Shown: positions 18,502 to 26,067, numbered from the stretch's first letter. The stretch is 45,062 nt of DNA from Candidatus Thorarchaeota archaeon (GCA_003345595.1 PRDI01000096.1:1-45062), one strand, 5' to 3'. The notes: generated by a model from the sequence alone, not told the origin. Made by a program: numbers and translations.

Positions 18502-19641
18502 TTACAGGGTTTCTCTCGAGACACCGGTCAGGCTCTCGCAGCCATCACTGGTTATGAGTAGGACATCAGCTATTTTTGCGCAGCCAGCCTCCGAATCATA
18601 AACTGTCGGGTGCACAGAGAACACCATGCCCTCACGAAGGGTTGACTTGCTCTCAGGGATGATGTAAGGGGGCTCATGAACGTCAAGTCCAACTGAACTG
18701 CCGATAGGTTGCATGATCTGTATCGCCGGAGGACCACTCTTCACCATCCTCATCGCCTGAGTGGCCGCGTCTGAGATCTTGGCATCAGGAGCCATCAGGT
18801 CTTGGAGCGCCGTGCTAATAGCTAGAGCGGAGTCGAACAGCTTCCGCTGTCCCGCTGATGGAGTCCCGGCATGTACAGTCCGAGCCACCTCGACAAGGTA
18901 CCCCGAGTGACTCACCGTGATGTCGACAACGACCAGCTCATTGGTGTTCACTCTTGTGGCAGTCGGCTGAGCGAATGGAAAGCGAGCATGATTGCCTGCG
19001 AGAACTGCAGCCCTGATGCCGCGCAACTCACCCCCTGCACCTCTCATCGCTGCCTCAATCTCAATTGAACTCTGGGCCTCGGTCTTGCCTCCGACCACGG
19101 TCTCCAGAGCAGTCCTGACACCAATCTCAGAGATTCTGACTGCTTGGCGAATTGCATCGATCTCGGCCGCATCCTTAATCTGTCTGAGTCGCCAGAGAGC
19201 TTTTGAAAAGTCTTTGAAACCGGCTCCGGGGAGTGCAGACTTCAGACCATCGAAGTCTCTCATGGAAAGAGCGTCGTGCTGGATGCCTAACATGGCATTC
19301 TTCGCGCCCGCCTCTTTGAGGACTTCGAACACGCAGTCCCAAAAGCCCGGTCCATGAGTCGGATACCAGTCCTCAGAAAGCACGTGGTCAAAGGATCGCA
19401 CCTTGGCGATTGTCGACTCCTGGCCCATGGCTTCGCGTTGAAGATCGGACACTATGAGATACGGCTGCTGGCTGTTTACGAGAACACATCCAACAGGAAG
19501 ACTGTCATTCACACTTCCATAGCCAGTCAGATACTGAACGTCGGTCTTTCGCGTGACTAGCACTGCATCCACTGTTTCATGCTGCATCGCCCGATGAACT
19601 CTGTCGATTCTCTGTGGTGTGAATTGCATTGGATGCATCAC
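18502..19641 (-). CDS. M24 (Xaa-Pro peptidase/creatinase fold) protein with degenerate metal ligands
   Basis: Creatinase_N domain (VQYLTGY), LRQIKDAAEI, GLDVHEPP, LREGMVFSVHP. Confidence 0.85.
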   Translation of the reverse strand: MMHPMQFTPQRIDRVHRAMQHETVDAVLVTRKTDVQYLTGYGSVNDSLPVGCVLVNSQQPYLIVSDLQREAMGQESTIAKVRSFDHVLSEDWYPTHGPGFWDCVFEVLKEAGAKNAMLGIQHDALSMRDFDGLKSALPGAGFKDFSKALWRLRQIKDAAEIDAIRQAVRISEIGVRTALETVVGGKTEAQSSIEIEAAMRGAGGELRGIRAAVLAGNHARFPFAQPTATRVNTNELVVVDITVSHSGYLVEVARTVHAGTPSAGQRKLFDSALAISTALQDLMAPDAKISDAATQAMRMVKSGPPAIQIMQPIGSSVGLDVHEPPYIIPESKSTLREGMVFSVHPTVYDSEAGCAKIADVLLITSDGCESLTGVSRETL

Positions 19642-19916
19642 TGGACCATAGTATGTTCAGACCTAGCCATGAGAAACCTCGGCCAGTCCTCTACCGTGCC
19701 AGTCCCGCCGCATTTAAGCTTCACGACAGCGGAAGCCGAACGCACAGGCGACAGACACGGTTCCTCCAATGAACCGCATTAGTACTCGCCCTTCCGTTTG
19801 ATACCATGCCTGTTCATTACCAGACCGTGGGGAGTATACATCTCTCTCTGTTGAAACAGCTGTACTGGAATTGGCGAAATCGGAAACCTTTCCTCTCATC
19901 GACATAGCTTGGCTGC

Positions 19917-20678
19917 TCAGCTGTAGAGGTATGCGGCAATTGCTGGGCTGCCCACACCTATGCTCAGTAAGGGCTCCGGATTATCCAAGGTCGTACTATA
20001 GGTGCCATCAACACGGTTGTACCAGCCCGCGTCGTGCATGATATATGCGTCTGGGTCCAAGTCGTAGCCGAACACGCCGTTGAGTCCTGAGGGAAGATCG
20101 ACATAGATGTTGGCAACATCGGGATGATAGAGGGAGCTAATCCCAATGAGCACAAGGAGGCCCGCGTCAGTGAAAGTCACATTCTCGAAGAAGAAGAATG
20201 TGAGCCGCCCGGTGGCTCGATAAGTAAAGTCCTTCCCTAGCACTGCACTGTTGCTGTAGGTCACCGTGGAGTTCAGATTGGTGCCATCCCAGACACCAAG
20301 ACTGTAAGGCTTGGCGGTGCCAAGGACCACGTTCACAGAGCGCATCCTCACGTACGCATCCAGACCCACGCCCACGTATCCATAGGTCATGTAACTCTTG
20401 CGTATCAGACCGAACGCAGAGCTCCTGAAAGTAGGCTCGTAGAGCTGAATGTCGAAAGAGTAGATGAGAGAGCTGTCGTTCACAAAGGAGATCGTGAGGT
20501 TGCAGTCCCGGAGGTCATCTAGCGACACATAGACATATTCCGTATCGATGTCGCTGCCTGAGGGAAACCTCTCCTCAAGGTGGAATTCGGTCCCGTACGG
20601 GTTGAACGTGAGCACTGTCACGACGCCAGTGGTCGTCACCACTACAAGCACGAGGAGCGCGGCGATCTTGCGGTTCAC
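19917..20678 (-). CDS. Membrane-anchored/secreted beta-rich protein, paralog of 20721-21476
   Basis: N-terminal basic residues plus hydrophobic anchor, several N-x-S/T sequons, co-linear similarity to its neighbour. Confidence 0.8.
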   Translation of the reverse strand: MNRKIAALLVLVVVTTTGVVTVLTFNPYGTEFHLEERFPSGSDIDTEYVYVSLDDLRDCNLTISFVNDSSLIYSFDIQLYEPTFRSSAFGLIRKSYMTYGYVGVGLDAYVRMRSVNVVLGTAKPYSLGVWDGTNLNSTVTYSNSAVLGKDFTYRATGRLTFFFFENVTFTDAGLLVLIGISSLYHPDVANIYVDLPSGLNGVFGYDLDPDAYIMHDAGWYNRVDGTYSTTLDNPEPLLSIGVGSPAIAAYLYS

Positions 20679-20720
20679 GTGTCTTCCATCCTCTAGATCT
20701 TCTCTGTTCAGCTGCTCACT

Positions 20721-21476
20721 TCAGCTATATAGATATGCGATGACGGTCGGGCTGCTGACACTTATGATAGCCAAGGGAGGTGGGTCGCCCCAAGTTGTGC
20801 TGTATGAGTCATCGATTCGTGCGTACCAGCCCTCGTCATGCATGATGTAGGGCTGCGGGTCCTCGCAGTAGTAGAACTTGCCATTGAGCATCGGAGGCAG
20901 GTCCACATACACGCAGACCATGTCGGGGTAGGGCTTGGTGGGTCCAATCCGTGCTTCGAAGCCCCCAAGAGTGAAATTGACGTCCTCGAGGAAGATGAAC
21001 CTGAGAGTCCCGGTGGCTTCGTATCTCAGACCCCGGCCGAGCAATGCACCGTTGGTGTAGGTCACTGTGCAGTTAAGATTGACGCCTTGCCAGATGCTTA
21101 GGAGGTAGGGTTTCCCAATCCCCAGTGTCAGGTTGAGTGACCTGATGCGGACTGCCGCATTGAACCTCACAAAGATGAGAGCAGTGTTGTTCTCTACTGT
21201 CAGCTGAAATGCAGAGTTCATGAGTATGGGGCTGTACAGCTGGATGTCCATTGCGTATACCAGAGAGGTGTCGTTGACGAACGAAACCGTCAGGTTGCAG
21301 TCTTCGAGATTGACCAGCCCTAGATCCACAAAGGATGCTGTGATGCGTCTGTCAACGGGGAATCTGTTCTCAAGGTGGAACGTGTCGCTGTAGGGGTCCA
21401 CAACCAAGAAGACGCCCATCCCTGTCGTGACCACGACCGCAACCACGATGAGCGCTTGCATTCTCCGATTCAACAT
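20721..21476 (-). CDS. Membrane-anchored/secreted beta-rich protein, paralog of 19917-20678
   Basis: Shared motifs FHLExRFP, DCNLTxSFVND, YIMHDxGWY and AYLYS C-terminus. ATG 21476 follows GAGGAGG. Confidence 0.8.
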   Translation of the reverse strand: MLNRRMQALIVVAVVVTTGMGVFLVVDPYSDTFHLENRFPVDRRITASFVDLGLVNLEDCNLTVSFVNDTSLVYAMDIQLYSPILMNSAFQLTVENNTALIFVRFNAAVRIRSLNLTLGIGKPYLLSIWQGVNLNCTVTYTNGALLGRGLRYEATGTLRFIFLEDVNFTLGGFEARIGPTKPYPDMVCVYVDLPPMLNGKFYYCEDPQPYIMHDEGWYARIDDSYSTTWGDPPPLAIISVSSPTVIAYLYS

Positions 21477-21693
21477 CCTGTCCTCCTCTGCCTGTTCGTT
21501 CCTCACTGCACTACTTAAGCCCTGTTGGCCGACCCTTGGGAACGCGACTGTACCAAACCTATGAACACCGTCAAGGACAAGGCTGAAGGGACCGGGCTGG
21601 TAGGCCCAGATTCCTGTTCAGTGCTACGAGTTCTCCACCTGTCACGCCAGTCATCTTCTGGCTCGAGTTCTGTATCAAGGCTGCACTCAGATG

Positions 21694-21712
21694 ACGAAGA
21701 GTCTATAAGTCA
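21694..21712 (+). promoter_or_regulatory. BRE/TATA-like promoter of tRNA-Arg(CCG)
   Basis: ACGAAGAGTCTATAAGTCA, 18/19 identical to 22167-22185. The TATA-like TCTATAAG starts 30 nt before tRNA position 1. Confidence 0.7.
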
Positions 21713-21751
21713 GAGGCGGCGCTGGCTATCGAGGGCCGTAGTCTAGCTTGG

Positions 21752-21785
21752 ACCCATGAGAATTACTGGAGCTCATGGGAAGCTA
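21752..21785 (+). other. 34-nt tRNA intron in the D-loop (19/20)
   Basis: BHB: central helix GCTT/AAGC, 3-nt bulges GG^A and TA^A, intron stem CCCATGAG/CTCATGGG. Confidence 0.85.
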
Positions 21786-21823
21786 ATAAGGCACCAGCCT
21801 CCGGAGTTGGTAGTCGCCGGTTC

Positions 21824-21853
21824 ACAGGAGTTGACTCACAGCTCTTGGCCAAA
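21824..21853 (+). other. 30-nt tRNA intron in the T-loop (56/57)
   Basis: Relaxed BHB/BHL: bulges TC^A and AA^G, intron stem CAGGAGTTG/CAGCTCTTG. Removal restores TTCGAAT. Confidence 0.8.
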
Positions 21854-21949
21854 GAATCCGGCCGGTCCCGCCACTTATTCTGTATCGGATTCCTGTCGGA
21901 CTTTAAATCAGATACTGCACGACCTATTGTAAGACCCGAGGCTTCCTCC

Positions 21950-22144
21950 ATGAGTACAATCGAAGAAACCCTCACGCCAGAAGAGTCGGTCGTAAGAAGA
22001 TTCACGAAGTACCTGAACGGCCCGATGGGCCGGATTGTCCTCGAGGCCCTCGACGAGGGCGAGAGCTTTGTTCTGCAGACCGCGTCCCATACGCTCCGAG
22101 TGATGAAGAAGAAAGGCCGAGCGATCGTTACTCCTGTCCACTAG
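21950..22144 (+). CDS. Small 64-aa hypothetical protein between the two tRNA genes
   Basis: MSTIEETLTPEESVVRRFTKYLNGPMG... has protein-like composition and its own TATA-like CTTTAAAT at 21901-21908. The longer ORF-track version overlaps the tRNA. Confidence 0.65.
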   Translation: MSTIEETLTPEESVVRRFTKYLNGPMGRIVLEALDEGESFVLQTASHTLRVMKKKGRAIVTPVH

Positions 22145-22166
22145 ACTGTTGACAAGTCCATGCACA

Positions 22167-22185
22167 ACGAAGAATCTATAAGTCA
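22167..22185 (+). promoter_or_regulatory. BRE/TATA-like promoter of tRNA-Arg(GCG)
   Basis: ACGAAGAATCTATAAGTCA. TCTATAAG starts 29 nt before tRNA position 1. Confidence 0.7.
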
Positions 22186-22223
22186 TACTCATCCCGCTAA
22201 ACAAGGGCCGTAGTCTAGCTAGG

Positions 22224-22257
22224 GCTCATGAGCCCCATTGGAGCTCATGGGAAGCAC
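22224..22257 (+). other. 34-nt tRNA intron in the D-loop (19/20)
   Basis: Stem CTCATGAGC/GCTCATGGG, bulges GG^G and AC^A, central helix GCTA/AAGC with one A-A mismatch. Confidence 0.8.
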
Positions 22258-22295
22258 ATAAGGCACCAGCCTGCGGAGTTGGTTGTCGCCGGTTC

Positions 22296-22325
22296 GCAGG
22301 AGCTGACTCACAGCTCTTGGCCAAA
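22296..22325 (+). other. 30-nt tRNA intron in the T-loop (56/57)
   Basis: Stem CAGGAGCTG/CAGCTCTTG, 28/30 identical to intron 21824-21853. Confidence 0.8.
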
Positions 22326-22377
22326 GAATCCGGCCGGTCCCGCCATCCTACTTTTCAGTCACGCGCGCCCCACAGCT

Positions 22378-22911
22378 TCATGCACCCAGTATTTTCTCCT
22401 GGTTCATCAGCCACCATGCGCCGCGTTTTCCCTTCACAAGCCCTCTCTCGTGCTTCAGTATACGCGCACCGATGATCTTCTTGGCGCGCACGTTCAGCTT
22501 GTCAATCCTGTCAAGGATTGCGCGACGAGTAAGGCGCCGCCCATCTTTGCTCCGCAGACTCTCTGCGAGCTCAGGAGTAGTTGCTCCTTCGTGCTGAAAC
22601 AAATGAGCCAGAAGCTTCCTGTCAATGTCATCACGGCACACTTGATTCTTCACTGATTCTCGCATCCCTGCGAGATAGGTGCTGGTAGACTCCAAGCTCT
22701 CCAAGTGATCCACGCGCATCTTGAGCTGACCAACGTCATCGACCAGCTCCTTGACGACAGGCGGGATTTCCTGATCGAGTTTCCAGAGAACTGCATCCTT
22801 GATGAACTTCTGACGCCCATCACTCTCCGCGATCAGGTCAATCCGGTCAAGGATGTCTTGCTCGAAGCGGACACGAATACTCACTTCCCTGCTCTTCGCA
22901 GCCTTGCCCAT
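22378..22911 (-). CDS. Putative DNA-binding protein: ribbon-helix-helix + coiled coil + winged HTH
   Basis: VSIRVRFEQDILDRID...RQKFIKDAV (RHH), a heptad linker, then DDIDRKLLAHL...ATTPELAE...RRAILDRIDKL (wHTH). Confidence 0.75.
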   Translation of the reverse strand: MGKAAKSREVSIRVRFEQDILDRIDLIAESDGRQKFIKDAVLWKLDQEIPPVVKELVDDVGQLKMRVDHLESLESTSTYLAGMRESVKNQVCRDDIDRKLLAHLFQHEGATTPELAESLRSKDGRRLTRRAILDRIDKLNVRAKKIIGARILKHERGLVKGKRGAWWLMNQEKILGA

Positions 22912-23073
22912 CTCGTTCGTATTCTCCTAGTCAGTCCTTCTCGAAGAAACCTATGCCGAGCGGCGGAACCGTCAGAAACGGTCTTGGCCAAGACCTACGG
23001 CAGTGTACCTCCGACACAGTTATAACATCAGCGACTGGCTCCACGGGCAAAACGGACGACGGTGAGAAGTCCA

Positions 23074-23373
23074 ATGGTCAACAAGGACAAGGCTGTGAAA
23101 CGTGAGCTGACTAGGCTCAGGAAGACACAGAGCCCCCATGTGGTCGACTTCAGGCGCATGCGTACCCTCCGCACTGCCAAGGGCAAGTTCTGGGAATCAA
23201 AGAAGACCGTCGTAGCTCGTGCCGAAGCTGTCAAGTCGGCTGATGAGTCCGGCAAGAAGCCAAAGCCAGCGGAAATCGAGGAGATTGAGCCAAGTCCCGA
23301 GGAAGAGATCACAGAAGAAGAGGAACTTGAGGGACTGGACGAAGAGGACGAGAACGCCGACGATGAGTCCTGA
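23074..23373 (+). CDS. Basic N-terminal / acidic C-terminal protein, possibly a divergent eL39
   Basis: ATG 23074 follows GGTGA. About 45 K/R-rich residues ending in KFW, then an E/D-rich tail. Confidence 0.6.
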   Translation: MVNKDKAVKRELTRLRKTQSPHVVDFRRMRTLRTAKGKFWESKKTVVARAEAVKSADESGKKPKPAEIEEIEPSPEEEITEEEELEGLDEEDENADDES

Positions 23374-23502
23374 GCGGCCGATGATTGGCGCAGAACATCC
23401 GAAAACCCCTCCCGGCGTATCATCATGCTTCTTCATTCTGTGAGCTGGGGAATGCCTTATTTTGTGGTTCCACTCTAGGGAGGAGCCGGATGGTTACTCG
23501 AA

Positions 23503-25914
23503 ATGCGCACTGTGGTCACTGTCATTCTCCTTCTTATTGTCGCTTCATTTGCTGTCTTGCCTACAGGAATTGCGGCTCCTCCTGTCACATTGACAGAGAG
23601 CCAGAACTCATTCCTGCAATCTCAAGATTTCGTAGCAGGAAGAGTACTTGCAGACGAGTCACATGTGGACCGAGGTTCGGACATGTGGACACCCGGCAAT
23701 GCTTCACTGTTTGGCTGGCTGTTGGAGGAGTATGGCTACAATGTGTCCAACAACTGGGACACACCACTCGACAGTGGCATCCTAGCAGACTATGACGTCC
23801 TCAGCCTGTTCTTCCCAATGGTCCCACTCACAAGTGGAGAGGTGGACGCGGTTCACAGTTTTGTGGACTCAGGGGGAGGTCTTCTCCTGGTTGGCATCGA
23901 CTACACCACGGCAGGCTGGGAGTATACTCCCGCGAACCTAAACCCGATAGGTGAAACCTACGGCATCACGTTCGCTCTGGACACTCTTCAGGGCAGATCC
24001 CTGCGGAGCAGTGGCGAAATCGTCAATCACAGTGTGACGCAGAACGTGACATCGCTTCATTCCAGCGCTGACCAAATGAGGGGATGCTCATTAGTCGTCG
24101 TCAGTCCTGCCACAACTCTTGCAACCATAACCGGCAAAGCATTTCTAGCAGTTTCTGAATCAGGCGCCGGACGAGTGGTCGCCGTTGGTGGCCCTGCCCC
24201 GTTCTTGCGGTATCGTCAGGACAGATTGCAGGTGAGCCCTAATGATCACTTCCAACTCACTCTCAACATAGTGGACTGGCTTGCAGGCAATGCACCCAGA
24301 CTGGTCAACCCTCCCGAAAAGGCTGTGATAAAGGTCGGACCAGGCCCAGCCCTCAACAGCACACAGCTAGAGGAATATGTCATCTTTAACGGTGCGATTC
24401 ATGATCATACCGTGTACAGTGACGGCGAGGATACACCCGAGGACATGGTCATTGCTTCACTAAAAGCGGCTCTGGACTTCTTTGTGATCTCTGACCACAT
24501 CCACATGAACGTTGGAACCGAGGGCATCTATGGAGCTCTGGCAGCAAGGAGCTACACCGATGCATATGGGCTTGACTGCTCAATCATCGTTGGTGCAGAA
24601 CTGTCGAGCATTCCTCATACAGTCGGATTCCCACTCACACAAAACATCTATGCGAACGTCATCCAGAATGGTATCGATGCTATTCATGCACAAGGCGGCA
24701 TTGCATCGTTATCTCATCCCACAATGGATGCATCGTATATTCAGGTCTGGGAGGACTTCGTAACGTATGGGTATGATGCCTTCGAGGTTGTCAATGATGG
24801 TTTCTTCCATGGACTCGGAGAGTCATGCTACTTCAGATCTTTCATAGGGGCCTCTGATGGTCATCAGGCAGCAAGTGTTGGACTTGTGAGGAATGCTGTG
24901 TTCGTCAAGAACCCCACTGGGCCGAATGGCACAATCTCAGGTGCGGATTTGGCCGATGCAGTCGTCAACCGAAGACTGGTCAGCATAGACCTTCATAATG
25001 GAGTGATCTTCGGACAAGGGATCTGGGTGAATCGCTACCTCGCGCTCTGGACACAAGCAGAGAACGCGATTGCCGATGCGCGCACAGAGATAGAAGCAGT
25101 CGAGGAAACAGGAACCAGTGTTGGACTTTCTAGGATGTACCTCGAAAAAGCTGAAACGGCGTTGGACTGGTGGAACCCATCAAGGGCGTTGGACGCAGCA
25201 ACTGACGCCATGTCTGAGAACATCCTAGACCTTGACCTTGCTCCGACAGAGCCCAACTTGGGTGTCACCAGCCCCAACAGTGATGTGACACTGACAATCA
25301 GGCTCACGAACAGACACGACCATGGGGTGCAGCTGAACGGGACGGTCTTCCATTCCACGTCTCTCATCTTTGATCAAGCGTCCAGACAGATACTAGCAGG
25401 CCCAAACTCCACGAAAACGACTGACTTCGCCGGCACAACGACAGACTTTGGCTATGTGAGGGCCCTTTTGAACCTTCGATCACTGAACATCACAGAGAAA
25501 CCCGGTGCCCTCATCCTTGAGATGGGAGGAGTCGTTTCAAACGTCAGTTTCAAAACTACGAATGCCGTCGATGGAATCGATGTGTCCATCAAGCTCCTCA
25601 TGCGTAGGGCGGACAGCCTGTGGATCGCATCAGCACAGATCGTTTACGACGACGACACTGGAGAGCATACGGCAGACCTCGTCAACTTGGGTGATGGGTA
25701 TAGCATAACCCTCGGGCCCTACATTGGAACTTTAAACTTCACATTCCAGATAGTCGTCGGTGATGTCCTCGGCAACACCTTCCTAATTGACGGAGGAACT
25801 CACGAGATTGGTGGGACTACAGGCACGACTTGGCCAGTGGTATTGGTGATTGCCGGCGGTCTGGGGGCTGTGGCTGTTATCATAGTCCTATTCGCTCTGA
25901 GAAGAAGAAGATGA
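23503..25914 (+). CDS. Cell-surface PHP-family metallohydrolase (CehA/McbA-like) with DUF4350/GATase-like domain and C-terminal TM anchor
   Basis: Signal peptide; VLADESH...FVDSGGGLLL domain; PHP motifs HDHT-SDG, SDH, SHP, FEVVN, GASDGH; C-terminal TM helix plus RRRR. Confidence 0.85.
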   Translation: MRTVVTVILLLIVASFAVLPTGIAAPPVTLTESQNSFLQSQDFVAGRVLADESHVDRGSDMWTPGNASLFGWLLEEYGYNVSNNWDTPLDSGILADYDVLSLFFPMVPLTSGEVDAVHSFVDSGGGLLLVGIDYTTAGWEYTPANLNPIGETYGITFALDTLQGRSLRSSGEIVNHSVTQNVTSLHSSADQMRGCSLVVVSPATTLATITGKAFLAVSESGAGRVVAVGGPAPFLRYRQDRLQVSPNDHFQLTLNIVDWLAGNAPRLVNPPEKAVIKVGPGPALNSTQLEEYVIFNGAIHDHTVYSDGEDTPEDMVIASLKAALDFFVISDHIHMNVGTEGIYGALAARSYTDAYGLDCSIIVGAELSSIPHTVGFPLTQNIYANVIQNGIDAIHAQGGIASLSHPTMDASYIQVWEDFVTYGYDAFEVVNDGFFHGLGESCYFRSFIGASDGHQAASVGLVRNAVFVKNPTGPNGTISGADLADAVVNRRLVSIDLHNGVIFGQGIWVNRYLALWTQAENAIADARTEIEAVEETGTSVGLSRMYLEKAETALDWWNPSRALDAATDAMSENILDLDLAPTEPNLGVTSPNSDVTLTIRLTNRHDHGVQLNGTVFHSTSLIFDQASRQILAGPNSTKTTDFAGTTTDFGYVRALLNLRSLNITEKPGALILEMGGVVSNVSFKTTNAVDGIDVSIKLLMRRADSLWIASAQIVYDDDTGEHTADLVNLGDGYSITLGPYIGTLNFTFQIVVGDVLGNTFLIDGGTHEIGGTTGTTWPVVLVIAGGLGAVAVIIVLFALRRRR

Positions 25915-26067
25915 CATCTGAATGCGCCCCATCATGCATGACGGCCAAGTTATCCAAAAGGATAAGACCCAGTACGAGGAAATGCCCCTGTCGAGCTCGA
26001 GCAACAAGAGATCTCAAGCAGACGCTCAAGGCAGCTGAGACCATCCTGAAACCATGGGGCACTGGCT

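Larger units (their letters stand above)
21732..21873 (+). tRNA. tRNA-Arg(CCG) with two introns (exons 21732-21751, 21786-21823, 21854-21873)
   Basis: The spliced sequence AGGGCCG TA GTCT AGCTTGGATA AGGC A CCAGC CT CCG GA GTTGG TAGTC GCCGG TTCGAAT CCGGC CGGTCCC G CCA folds as a cloverleaf. It has U8, G15, G18G19, A20 (Arg identity), anticodon at 21801-21803 and an encoded CCA. Confidence 0.92.
22204..22345 (+). tRNA. tRNA-Arg(GCG) with two introns (exons 22204-22223, 22258-22295, 22326-22345)
   Basis: Exons differ from the CCG gene at only 3 nt (17a, 34, 45). Anticodon GCG at 22273-22275, encoded CCA. Confidence 0.92.

Noticed and set aside
19747-19790. Nested hairpin GGCGA..CGGTTC/GAACCG..TCGCC as a riboswitch or sRNA
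   Set aside because: Stems are only 5-6 bp and do not match fluoride or other riboswitch consensus that I know. Compatible with chance or a terminator-like element.
21588-21595. GGGACCGG upstream, a perfect complement of the tRNA 3' acceptor strand, as an alternative 5' exon fixing the 1-72 mismatch
   Set aside because: It lies upstream of the TATA box, I see no BHB motif joining it to the tRNA body, and the second gene has no counterpart.
21732-22345. Direct repeat read as a CRISPR array, IS ends or prophage att sites
   Set aside because: Only two 142-nt copies, both complete tRNA genes with their own promoters. No spacers, integrase or transposase nearby.
21763-22656. ORFs 21763-22005, 21908-22204, 22228-22656 and the 5' extension of 21845-22144
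   Set aside because: They overlap the tRNA genes or lie antisense to better genes. Their mutual peptide similarity simply reflects the tRNA duplication.
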